From the sequence record SRR20825006_1157: 20,000 nt of DNA; one strand, written 5' to 3'. Made by a program: the position numbers and the translations under genes. The notes under the pieces were generated by a model. It did no database searches, was not told where the DNA came from, and saw only the letters and a program-made list of their open reading frames with translations. Positions 8,564 to 17,260 of this stretch are shown here, in pieces. Every line of letters starts with the position of its first letter. The stretch's first letter is position 1.

Positions 8564-10005
8564 TGGTGATGTCGAAAAATTCACAAGCCATTTTGAAATT
8601 CAAGGCATCAAAAGCATTCAGCAAAATGCTAGCGAAAAGCCTTTTGCTGCTCACCATGTTGTTGGCACCTCAAATGCTTGTGCCGCAAGCAGCTATGGCC
8701 AACGCTACCATGCGGGTGTCCGCCAATCAAATTGGGCAAACTTATGCCGTGGAATTGGGTGTAAACAAATCGCTCATTATTGATCTGCCTGTGTCTGCAA
8801 AAGAAGTGATCGTGTCTGAGCCACGTATTGCGAATGCCATTGTGCGCACCCAGCGCCGCGCCATTGTGCAAGGCCGCATGGCAGGCGACACAAACATTAT
8901 CTTCTTGGATGTGAAGGGCAATCCAATCGCTGTGTTGGATGTGACCGTAGGGGCGCAATCTGACGGCGGTTTGGAAAACACATTGGCAAGATTGTTGCCA
9001 GGTTCATCCATCCAGTCCACCATGGCTGAGGATCGTGTGGTGCTTTCCGGCACAGCGCGCAGCGACTCAGATGTACAAAACGCCATCGCCATTGCCAAGC
9101 AATTCACTAACAATGAGGTTGTCTCGGTTGTTGAAGTGTCTGGCGCGCAACAAGTCATGTTGAAGGTGATCGTTGCTGAAGTGCAGCGTGAAACCATCAA
9201 ACAATTGGGCATTGATTTGAACGCCAGCCTTAATGTTGGCGGCGTCACCACCTCATTGCTCACCAGCCAGGGTCTTGGCGGTGTGTCCAACACAGTTTCG
9301 CCAAACAGCGGCAAGCTTGGGTTCTCTTTCGGCAATCTATCTGTAGATGCCACTGTAAAATCATTGGAACGTCGTGGTGCTTTGCGCACTTTGGCTGAAC
9401 CGACCTTGACGGCCTATTCTGGCAAAAGCGCAGAGTTCTTGGCCGGTGGTGAGTTCCCAATCCCGGTTGCTTTTGAAGATGGCAAAATCACTTATGAATT
9501 TAAGCAGTTTGGTGTGGAGCTGAAATTCACCCCATCAGTTCACTCAAATAACGACATCTCTATGGATGTTGATACCAAGGTGACCGAACTGAACGTTGAG
9601 GGTGGTTACACAGCTGGCCCGGTCAATATTCCGGCCACCAAAGAGCGTAGCGCTAAAACTTCTGTGAAGCTGCCGACAGGTTCCACTTTGGCAATTGCTG
9701 GCCTGATTGAAGAGAAAACACGTCAGCAATTCAACGAAGTGCCGGGCGTCAGCAAAATCCCAATTTTGGGTGCCTTGTTCCGCTCTCGCGATTTTATTCG
9801 CTCTGAAACAGAATTGCTGATCTTGGTTACGCCATATCTGACCGCGCCAAGCCATGTGAACGACTACACATTGCCAACCGACAAACTGGAATTTGCAGGC
9901 GATGCGGAAGCGGTGTTCTAGGGCCATATGGAAAAACTGTATGGAGTGGGCAATGGCCCTAAAGGTCAAAGCCTTAAAGGTGGCGTTGGATTTGTTCTGG
10001 ATTGA
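8563..10005 (+). CDS. cpaC: Tad secretin CpaC/RcpA, interrupted by an in-frame TAG at 9919-9921 (452 aa to the TAG; 480 codons if read through to TGA 10003-10005)
   Basis: TAATG coupling to cpaB. Signal peptide, pil_N domain, BON-like domain and secretin core (QVMLKVIVAEVQR, LAEPTLTAYSG..AEFLAGGEFPIP, IPILGALFRSRDF...ETELLILVTPY). After the TAG the same frame reads GHMEKLYGVGNGPKGQSLKGGVGFVLD*, resembling the usual CpaC C-terminus. Confidence 0.9.
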
Positions 10006-10038
10006 TTGCAAGCACTAAACGAGTTGGAAGTATAAATT

Positions 10039-11298
10039 ATGTCAGATGATATTCGTCAGAATGTGAACGCCACATCGGATATTCCCTCTGGTGCGCGTTT
10101 GGTGCCACATATCACCATTCAGGCCTTTTGTGAGAATGCAATCACCGCCCAATCTGTGGAAAGCGCCATCAATGATCGGCGCATGCACAAGGTTGCTCTC
10201 ACCACCCACAATGGTGGCATTGAAGCAGCGGTTGAAACGTACAAAATCAACCCGACCCCAAACTTGATCATCATTGAATCAAATTTGGCGGGCAATGATT
10301 TGCTGTCAGCACTCGATCGGTTGGCAGAAGTTTGCGACGCATCAACTCGTGTTGTTGTGATCGGCAATGTGAATGATGTTGAACTCTATCGCCGCCTCAT
10401 TCGCTATGGCGTTTCCGAATATATGGTCACACCTGTGGAAACCCCTGCTTTGGTGGACACCATCACAGATTTGTTCGCCTCTGAGGGCGCAGAACCTATT
10501 GGCCGCACCATCGCCTTTATTTCCGCAAAGGGCGGGGCAGGCTCATCCACAATTGCCCACAACACAGCATGGTCTTTGAGCCAGCAGGTACGGCGCGACG
10601 TGCTGATCATGGATATGGATTTGCCATTTGGCACAGCGGGCCTCAATTTCAATCAGGAACCGCCACACGGCATCGCGGATGCAGTGTTCTCCAGCGATGA
10701 TGTGGACGATGTGGTGATTGAGCGCCTCATGTCCAAATGCGCCAACCACATAAATTTGTTGACCGCACCGGCCAATCTCAATCGCGATTATGATTTTCAT
10801 GAGCAGGCGTTCGAAAACATCATCGAGATTTGTCAGAAAAACATGCCGCTTGTGGTGCTGGATTTGCCACATGTGTGGAATGGCTGGGTGCGCCACACGC
10901 TTTCGACAGTGGACGAAGTTGTGGTAGTGGCCGAGCCCGATTTGGCCAACTTGCGTAATGTGAAATTCATGATGGATACGCTTAAATCTTTGCGCATGTC
11001 AGAGGCGGAACCAGTATTGTTGATGAACAAGGTTGGTGTGCCAAAACGGCCAGAATTGAGTACCTCTGAATTTGCAAACACCATTGAAGTCGACATTTTC
11101 GCTGAAGTTGCTTTTGAAGCTGGGCTTTTCGGCACGGCGGCCAACAATGGGCAAATGATCGCTGAAGTGAATGCCACGCATAAAATGAATGAGACATTCA
11201 ATTCACTTGCGCGCCGGGTAAGCGGCAGAGACGCTTCAACCCACCAAGAGGCAAACGGCCTTTTGCCGGGCATTTTGAAAAAATTAAAGCTGGGATAA
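10039..11298 (+). CDS. cpaE: Pilus assembly/localisation protein CpaE/TadZ (419 aa)
   Basis: N-terminal receiver-like domain (TPNLIIIES, VVVIGNVNDVELYR) plus a ParA/MinD-like domain with a degenerate Walker A (KGGAGSSTIAHN), DMDLPFGTAGLNF and FGTAANNGQMI. Confidence 0.93.
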   Translation: MSDDIRQNVNATSDIPSGARLVPHITIQAFCENAITAQSVESAINDRRMHKVALTTHNGGIEAAVETYKINPTPNLIIIESNLAGNDLLSALDRLAEVCDASTRVVVIGNVNDVELYRRLIRYGVSEYMVTPVETPALVDTITDLFASEGAEPIGRTIAFISAKGGAGSSTIAHNTAWSLSQQVRRDVLIMDMDLPFGTAGLNFNQEPPHGIADAVFSSDDVDDVVIERLMSKCANHINLLTAPANLNRDYDFHEQAFENIIEICQKNMPLVVLDLPHVWNGWVRHTLSTVDEVVVVAEPDLANLRNVKFMMDTLKSLRMSEAEPVLLMNKVGVPKRPELSTSEFANTIEVDIFAEVAFEAGLFGTAANNGQMIAEVNATHKMNETFNSLARRVSGRDASTHQEANGLLPGILKKLKLG

Positions 11299-11328
11299 CC
11301 CACGATTTAGCGTGAAGTAAGGTTAGTC

Positions 11329-12846
11329 ATGTTTGGGAAACGCACAAGTTTTGGCGGAAATACAAATCAGCAACAGGCAAAGCCACAGGCTCAGCCAAAG
11401 CCTGCTCCTGCGCCAGCCTCCAAGCCGATGGCGGAAAAGCCAAAAGCGCCGTCGCAGGCTGCCGGCAAACCAAACCTGAAGCTGAACACGCCTAAAATTG
11501 GCAAGGAAGAAGTGGTCGATGTCGATAAGCCGGCAAAAGACCGGGGTGTCGATTCCGAATATTATAAAACCAAATCCTCCGTCTTCAACGCACTGATTGA
11601 CTCGATCGACTTGAGCCAATTGGCGACGATGGAGCAAGATTCCGCACGCGAAGAAATTCGCGACATTGTGTCGGAAATCATCACGTTGAAATCCATCGTG
11701 ATGTCTATTTCTGAGCAGGAAGATCTGCTGGAAGACATCTGTAACGATGTGTTGGGTTATGGTCCGCTTGAGCCGCTTTTGGCGCGTGATGATATCGCGG
11801 ATATCATGGTCAATGGCGCGGGCCGCACCTATATCGAGGTGGACGGCAAGGTGCGCCTCACCAATGTGCGCTTCCGTGATAATTCTCACTTGATGAATGT
11901 GTGCCAACGCATTGTGAGCCAAGTTGGCCGTCGTGTTGATGAATCAAGCCCGATATGTGACGCCCGTTTGCCTGATGGTTCTCGTGTGAACGTTATCGCG
12001 CCACCACTGGCTATTGATGGCGCATCGCTCACCATTCGTAAGTTTAAAAAAGACAAGCTGACCCTCGACCAGTTGGTGAAGTTTGGCTCAATCTCGCCAG
12101 AAGGTGCTCGCGTGCTGCAAGTGCTTGGCCGTGTGCGTGCCAACATTTTGATTTCTGGCGGTACGGGTTCGGGTAAAACCACTTTGCTCAACTGTATGAC
12201 GGGCTTTATCGAGCCAGACGAGCGGATCATCACCTGCGAAGATAGTGCGGAACTTCAGTTGCAACAGCCACACGTGGTGCGGTTGGAAACGCGTCCCCCC
12301 AACCTTGAAGGGGAAGGGGAGATCACCATGAGGGATTTGGTGAAAAACTGTTTGCGGATGCGTCCTGAGCGGATCATCGTGGGTGAGGTGCGTGGCCCTG
12401 AAGCATTTGACTTGCTGCAGGCCATGAACACAGGTCACGATGGCTCAATGGGCACTTTGCACGCCAACTCGCCGCGTGAAGCCCTCAGCCGTTTGGAATC
12501 TATGATCACTATGGGCGGTTATTCGCTGCCGTCGCGCACCATTCGCGAAATGATCGTGTCGTCAGTTGATGTGGTGGTGCAAGCCGCCCGTTTGCGCGAC
12601 GGTTCGCGCCGCATCACTCACGTGTCTGAAGTGTTGGGCATGGAAGGTGACGTGATCGTAACGCAGGACGTGTTCCTCTATGACATTATCGGCGAAGATG
12701 CGAACAGCAACCTGATTGGTCGTCACCGCTCAACAGGTATCACTAAGCCGAAATTTGCTGAACGTGCGCGTTATTACAATGAAGAGCTGAATCTGGTTGA
12801 AGCGCTTGAAGCCGCTGCGGTCAGCGATGATGAAATGAGAGGCTAG
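11329..12846 (+). CDS. cpaF: Tad pilus motor ATPase CpaF/TadA (505 aa)
   Basis: [20 protein letters not shown], Walker [16 protein letters not shown] Asp box, [15 protein letters not shown] Walker B, and His box [16 protein letters not shown]. Confidence 0.97.
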   Translation: MFGKRTSFGGNTNQQQAKPQAQPKPAPAPASKPMAEKPKAPSQAAGKPNLKLNTPKIGKEEVVDVDKPAKDRGVDSEYYKTKSSVFNALIDSIDLSQLATMEQDSAREEIRDIVSEIITLKSIVMSISEQEDLLEDICNDVLGYGPLEPLLARDDIADIMVNGAGRTYIEVDGKVRLTNVRFRDNSHLMNVCQRIVSQVGRRVDESSPICDARLPDGSRVNVIAPPLAIDGASLTIRKFKKDKLTLDQLVKFGSISPEGARVLQVLGRVRANILISGGTGSGKTTLLNCMTGFIEPDERIITCEDSAELQLQQPHVVRLETRPPNLEGEGEITMRDLVKNCLRMRPERIIVGEVRGPEAFDLLQAMNTGHDGSMGTLHANSPREALSRLESMITMGGYSLPSRTIREMIVSSVDVVVQAARLRDGSRRITHVSEVLGMEGDVIVTQDVFLYDIIGEDANSNLIGRHRSTGITKPKFAERARYYNEELNLVEALEAAAVSDDEMRG

Positions 12847-12849
12847 CCT

Positions 12850-13842
12850 ATGTCACCGCTTCTTTTATTTTTGCTAACTGTGGTTGCCGTTGGGGCGTTG
12901 GGCTTTGCGCTCGTGCCGGGCATTGCTGGCGGCGGACGTGCTGGCAAGCGCATGAAGGCGCTCAAGCAATCTGATGGCCGCGTAAATGGGCGTCGCCAAA
13001 GCCGGGCTGATGTCGATGGCCGCAAAAGCCGCGACAAGCGCCGCAAGTCTTTGCAAGAAGTGCTTGATGAGCAAAATGAAGCGAATAAGAAACGCAAAAA
13101 ACGCTCGCTGAAAAAGCGTCTTATCCAAGCGGGTATGAAGGGTAATGTTGCCGCGTTTTATCGGAATTCAGCCATTCTTGGCGTCGCCATCTTCATCTTC
13201 ACCTGGTTTACGGGCGTGCCGCTTATGTTTGCCTTGGTGTTTGGCGCAGGTGGCTTTTATGTTTTGCCCCGTTGGTATGTGGCCCGCCGCACCAAAAAGT
13301 TCCGTTCGCAATTTTTGGATGAGTTTCCAAACGCCATTGAAGCCATTGTGCGCGGTGTGAAAGCCGGTATGCCGATCAACGATTCCATGAAAGTGGTGGC
13401 ATCTGAAGCCAAAGAGCCAGTGCGCACAGAGTTTTTGCGCGTTGTTGAGCAGCAATCTGTCGGTAAAAATATCGGCGAAGCCATCCTGATTATGTTTGAT
13501 CGGTTGCCCATCCCTGAAGTGAACTTCTTTGTGGTGGTGATCACAGTGCAACAGCAATCAGGTGGTAACTTGTCTGAAGCATTGGGCAACTTGTCCACTG
13601 TATTGCGGAACCGCAAAAAGATGAAAGCCAAGGTGAAAGCCATGAGCTCTGAAGCCAAGGCGTCTGCAGGCATCATTGGCGCCTTGCCATTTGTGGTGGC
13701 AGGCCTTGTGTCTTTGGTTAGCCCCACCTATTTGGGCCCACTCTTTTCAACACCTATCGGCAACATCTGGCTGGGTGTGGCTGGCCTGATGATGGGCATG
13801 GGCATTTTTGTGATGAACCGCATGGTTCAATTCGAATATTAA
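12850..13842 (+). CDS. tadB: Tad inner-membrane platform protein TadB (CpaG), T2SSF domain (330 aa)
   Basis: FPNAIEAIVRGVKAGMP, QQQSGGNLSEALGNLS.VLR.R and AMSSEAKASA.IIGALP, with transmembrane segments. Follows cpaF. Confidence 0.93.
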   Translation: MSPLLLFLLTVVAVGALGFALVPGIAGGGRAGKRMKALKQSDGRVNGRRQSRADVDGRKSRDKRRKSLQEVLDEQNEANKKRKKRSLKKRLIQAGMKGNVAAFYRNSAILGVAIFIFTWFTGVPLMFALVFGAGGFYVLPRWYVARRTKKFRSQFLDEFPNAIEAIVRGVKAGMPINDSMKVVASEAKEPVRTEFLRVVEQQSVGKNIGEAILIMFDRLPIPEVNFFVVVITVQQQSGGNLSEALGNLSTVLRNRKKMKAKVKAMSSEAKASAGIIGALPFVVAGLVSLVSPTYLGPLFSTPIGNIWLGVAGLMMGMGIFVMNRMVQFEY

Positions 13843-13863
13843 GCGCAACGCGAAAGTACGAAT

Positions 13864-14847
13864 ATGGAAAGCTTGGTCGAAACACTTACAGATCGTCAGT
13901 TCTTGGTAGCTGTGCTTGCTGCCATTTCAGCGGCCGCGATTGTGTTCACCTTTGGCGCCCAGTTCGCTGATGGCAAGGATATGAAAAGCCGTATCCGTAA
14001 GGTTGCTAGCGAACGCGAGCGCTTGCGGACTGATGAGCTTGCGCGCTTGCGGGGTGAAGACAAAAAAGCGGGCACCAATGCGCGCCGTAAAGATTTGATC
14101 CAAAAGGTCGTTGATAAGTTTTCGCTGAAAAAGGCTTTCGCTGATGAGCAGACCGGGCTGAAATTGGCGCAAGCGGGCTATCGTGGCCCCAATGCGGTGA
14201 TGACCTATGTGTTCTTGCGCTTTGTCATTCCTTTGGGCGTGTTCTTGTTTGCCCTGTTTTACATCAAGTTCATCTTCATGCCTGAAGGCATGTTGTTCTT
14301 GCAGATCGTATACGCTTTTGGCGCGGGTATTTTGTCGTCATATCTACCAGTGATTTTGCTCACCAACCAGATTAAGAAGCGACAAGATTCCATCCGCCGC
14401 GCTTGGTCAGATTGTTTGGATCTGATGTTGCTCTGCGTGGAAAGCGGCATGTCGATTGAAGCGGCATTTCAAAAAGTGTCCAATGAAATTGTCAGCCAAA
14501 GCCCGGAGTTGGGCGAGGAAATGACCCTCACCACCGCCGAGCTGAACTTCTTGGAAAGCCGCGCAAAGGCTTATGAGAATATGGCGAAACGGATTAATTT
14601 GGACGAAGTAAAGTCGGTGATGACCGCGCTGATCCAGTCTGAACGTTATGGTACATCCGTGGGCACCTCGCTGCGTGTGATGGCGGAGGAGGGCCGGAAC
14701 ATGCGCATGATGGAAGCGGAGAAAAAGGCTGCTTCATTGCCGCCGAAGCTTACCGTGCCGCTTATTCTGTTTTTCTTGCCAGTTCTGTTTATCGTGATCA
14801 TGTCACCTGCGATGATCACCGTTTTCTCAACACCTGGCCCCGCGTAA
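13864..14847 (+). CDS. tadC: Tad inner-membrane platform protein TadC (CpaH), T2SSF domain (327 aa)
   Basis: LAQAGYR, DCLDLMLLCVESGMSIE.AF, LIQSERYGTSVG.SLRV and AEKKAASLPPKLTVPLILFFLP. Confidence 0.93.
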   Translation: MESLVETLTDRQFLVAVLAAISAAAIVFTFGAQFADGKDMKSRIRKVASERERLRTDELARLRGEDKKAGTNARRKDLIQKVVDKFSLKKAFADEQTGLKLAQAGYRGPNAVMTYVFLRFVIPLGVFLFALFYIKFIFMPEGMLFLQIVYAFGAGILSSYLPVILLTNQIKKRQDSIRRAWSDCLDLMLLCVESGMSIEAAFQKVSNEIVSQSPELGEEMTLTTAELNFLESRAKAYENMAKRINLDEVKSVMTALIQSERYGTSVGTSLRVMAEEGRNMRMMEAEKKAASLPPKLTVPLILFFLPVLFIVIMSPAMITVFSTPGPA

Positions 14848-14871
14848 AACGGTACTCAGAAGTTTGAATAA

Positions 14872-14909
14872 AAAAACACCCAATCGGAAAGCTCCGGTTG
14901 GGTGTTTTT
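14872..14909. terminator. Bidirectional rho-independent terminator between convergent tadC and tadD
   Basis: AAAAACACCCAATCGGA-AAGC-TCCGGTTGGGTGTTTTT: 17-bp arms with one T.G pair, and A/T runs on both sides. Confidence 0.88.
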
Positions 14910-14934
14910 CGTTGATAGCGGTAAAAAGAAGCGC

Positions 14935-15723
14935 CTAGTTGGAGCTGCCTTTAATGCGGTCCCATTTGTTCTGCTGGGTCAGCAATGCGCGGATATAGGC
15001 CATATTGGCTTCAACATCTTCCGGCGGTAGTTCTCTGGCATAAATGCTACGTGCCTCATCAAACCGGCCCTGCAGCCCAATCACAAGGGCAAGGTTTAAC
15101 CGCACCTTGCGTGAGGCTTTCGGGAAGGAGATAGCACGGCGAAGCGCTGCCTCTGCCTGATCCAACTGGTTGGACATGGCGAAAGACAAACCAAGATTGG
15201 CATAGAGTGATGGCTCATTCGGCGCAATCACCAGCGCTTGATTGTAAAGCGTACGGGCTTCCGCATTGCGGCCCATCTGATCGAAAATCGCGCCTTTAAC
15301 GCTCAAGGCGTTCCAATTGGGGCGTTCTGGCCGAATGGTCACATCAAGCACATTCAACGCGCGATCAAATCGTCCATCTGCAGCCAGCGCCTTTGCGTAG
15401 GCGAGGGCCACGTCAAAATCGTTTTTATATTGCAGGCGCGCTTTTTCCAAAACGGAGACCGCTTGACCAGTTTGGCCAACGGCGCGCAAAGCAGCCGCAA
15501 AATAAATTGCAGATTGTTTGTTGGGGCTCTTTTGATATTTCGCCCCCAAATCTTGCACGGCAGCGTGTTTGGCCGCATTGGACATGCCAGAAAAATCTGG
15601 CGTCGCGGTGCCACCGCCGCCAGCACCGCGGGGTGAAGCACAAGCATTCAAGGCAATGGCGGCTACACCAGCAAGCGCCAATACTCTTAGTTTTTGCATT
15701 ATGCTCTTTTGCCGATCCACCAT
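14935..15723 (-). CDS. tadD: TPR lipoprotein TadD (putative secretin pilotin), 262 aa
   Basis: Lipobox LNA|C after a hydrophobic signal. TPR repeats (GAIFDQMGRNAEAR..Y.QAL, YANLGLSFA, VRLNLALVIGLQGRFDEA). Start moved to ATG 15723 (GAGG RBS). Convergent with tadC. Confidence 0.88.
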   Translation of the reverse strand: MVDRQKSIMQKLRVLALAGVAAIALNACASPRGAGGGGTATPDFSGMSNAAKHAAVQDLGAKYQKSPNKQSAIYFAAALRAVGQTGQAVSVLEKARLQYKNDFDVALAYAKALAADGRFDRALNVLDVTIRPERPNWNALSVKGAIFDQMGRNAEARTLYNQALVIAPNEPSLYANLGLSFAMSNQLDQAEAALRRAISFPKASRKVRLNLALVIGLQGRFDEARSIYARELPPEDVEANMAYIRALLTQQNKWDRIKGSSN

Positions 15724-15773
15724 GCTAACCTCTGCATAAATTGAGTGATGGGCACATTGCGCCATCCTCTTAT

Positions 15774-15805
15774 GCAATAAATCATTAACCCTAATAGTCA
15801 GTTAA
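15774..15805 (-). promoter_or_regulatory. Putative CtrA-dependent promoter of tadD
   Basis: On the minus strand: TTAActgactaTTAG (15805-15791), 11 bp, then TATTGC (15779-15774). Confidence 0.5.
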
Positions 15806-15897
15806 AATGCCGTGCGAATTGCGATCAGGAACAGGTTTGCATTGGGCAACATATCGCGCTAAATCTTGGTCAAACCAATTCAATCGAAAGCGAAAAA

Positions 15898-17250
15898 ATG
15901 TCTGATTCAAAACCGATTATCGTCCATTGTCTTTGGCAGGATGAGGCGTTGCCAGATGGCTTGAATAAGCAGCAAAATGCTTGGGCCCAATCTCACAAAT
16001 TTTCCGGCAAAAAAGGTGAATTGGTCGCGCTGCCACAAGTAGACGGCGCGGTTTCAGCATATCTGTTTGGCATGGGCGCACGTAAAGGCGCAGATCCTTT
16101 TGTCACCGGGTTGGCCGCTGCAGCGCTGCCTGAAGGTTCATATGAACTGAAAGGCGATTTCGATAATGCCACATTGGCCGCCACAGGTTTCCGTTTGGGC
16201 GCTTATGATTTTGATAATTTCCGCAAATCCGCCAAAACAGTTTCGCTCAGCGCGCTTGAAGGTGCTGACGAAGCTGAAACCGATCTGTTGGTTGAAGCCG
16301 CAACATTGGCACGTGATTTGACCAATCGGCCTGCCAATGATTTGGGGCCGGAAACATATGAAAAAGAAATCCGCGCCTTCGCCGAAAGTCATGGCGCTAA
16401 AGTACGCTCAATCGTTGGTGATGATCTGCTGAAAGAAAATTTCCCGATGATCCACGCAGTTGGCCGCGCTTCCGCCGAAGCGCCGCGCTTGCTCGACTTT
16501 ACATGGGGTGACGAAAGCGACCCAAAAGTCACTTTGGTGGGCAAAGGCGTTGTGTTCGACACCGGCGGCTTGGACATTAAACCAGCACCTTCCATGCTGT
16601 TGATGCGTAAAGATATGGGCGGCTCTGCCAACATTTTGGGCTTGGCTCACGCCATCATGAGAGCCAATTTGAAAGTGCGCTTGCGGGTGTTGATCCCCGT
16701 GGTGGAAAACGCCATCTCCGGCAACGCTTTCCGCCCGGGCGACATTCTCAATTCTCGAAATGGCATGACGGTTGAAATTGGCAACACAGATGCTGAAGGC
16801 CGTTTGGTGTTGGCCGATGCATTGAGCTTGGCGGATGAAGAAAGCCCTGAAATGATCATCGACATGGCCACTTTGACTGGTGCTGCCCGCGTGGCAGTGG
16901 GCACCGATCTTGGCGCGCTTTATTCAACCGACGATGATTTGGCGCAAGAATTGGTGGCCAAAGGCAAAGCCAATTCCGATGCATTGTGGCAAATGCCACT
17001 ATGGGATGAATATGATGCCATGCTCAAATCCACCATTGCGGATGTGAACCACATTTCAAACGGTCCCTTCGCGGGCTCCATCACCGCAGCCTTGTTCCTG
17101 CGCCGCTTTGTGAAAAACGCGAAAAGCTGGACCCATATGGACATTATGGCATGGTCGCCTGCGGCGCGCCCAGGTCGGCCCATGGGCGCCACAGAGCAGG
17201 GGCAGCGCGCCGCCTATTTCATGCTGAAAGAACGCTACGGCAAAAAATAG
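15898..17250 (+). CDS. Leucyl aminopeptidase, M17 family (450 aa)
   Basis: VGKGVVFDTGGLDIK, MRKDMGG, NTDAEGRLVLADAL signature, DMATLTGAARVA and GSITAALFL. Confidence 0.95.
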   Translation: MSDSKPIIVHCLWQDEALPDGLNKQQNAWAQSHKFSGKKGELVALPQVDGAVSAYLFGMGARKGADPFVTGLAAAALPEGSYELKGDFDNATLAATGFRLGAYDFDNFRKSAKTVSLSALEGADEAETDLLVEAATLARDLTNRPANDLGPETYEKEIRAFAESHGAKVRSIVGDDLLKENFPMIHAVGRASAEAPRLLDFTWGDESDPKVTLVGKGVVFDTGGLDIKPAPSMLLMRKDMGGSANILGLAHAIMRANLKVRLRVLIPVVENAISGNAFRPGDILNSRNGMTVEIGNTDAEGRLVLADALSLADEESPEMIIDMATLTGAARVAVGTDLGALYSTDDDLAQELVAKGKANSDALWQMPLWDEYDAMLKSTIADVNHISNGPFAGSITAALFLRRFVKNAKSWTHMDIMAWSPAARPGRPMGATEQGQRAAYFMLKERYGKK

Positions 17251-17260
17251 GCGTTATCGC

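Noticed and set aside
9919-9921. Genome-wide TAG reassignment (alternative genetic code) as the explanation for the cpaC stop
   Set aside because: deoA, the HAD gene, both pseudopilins, cpaF, tadD and the aminopeptidase all end in TAG at family-typical positions, several of them immediately before the next gene. TAG is therefore a normal stop here.
10525-10560. CpaE Walker A lacking the catalytic Lys (KGGAGSS) as a sign of inactivation
   Set aside because: A degenerate Walker A is the normal state in the CpaE/TadZ family.
8331-13727. Minus-strand ORFs of 100-215 aa across cpaB-tadB
   Set aside because: They are antisense shadows of the Tad operon. None resembles CpaD or another known family.
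15724-15777. Longer N-termini given by the ORF track for tadD (15777), and likewise ghrA (18247), cpaB (7589) and HAD (4593)
   Set aside because: Downstream ATGs have better RBSs and match family N-termini. The tadD extension overlaps its predicted promoter, and the ghrA extension overlaps a terminator.
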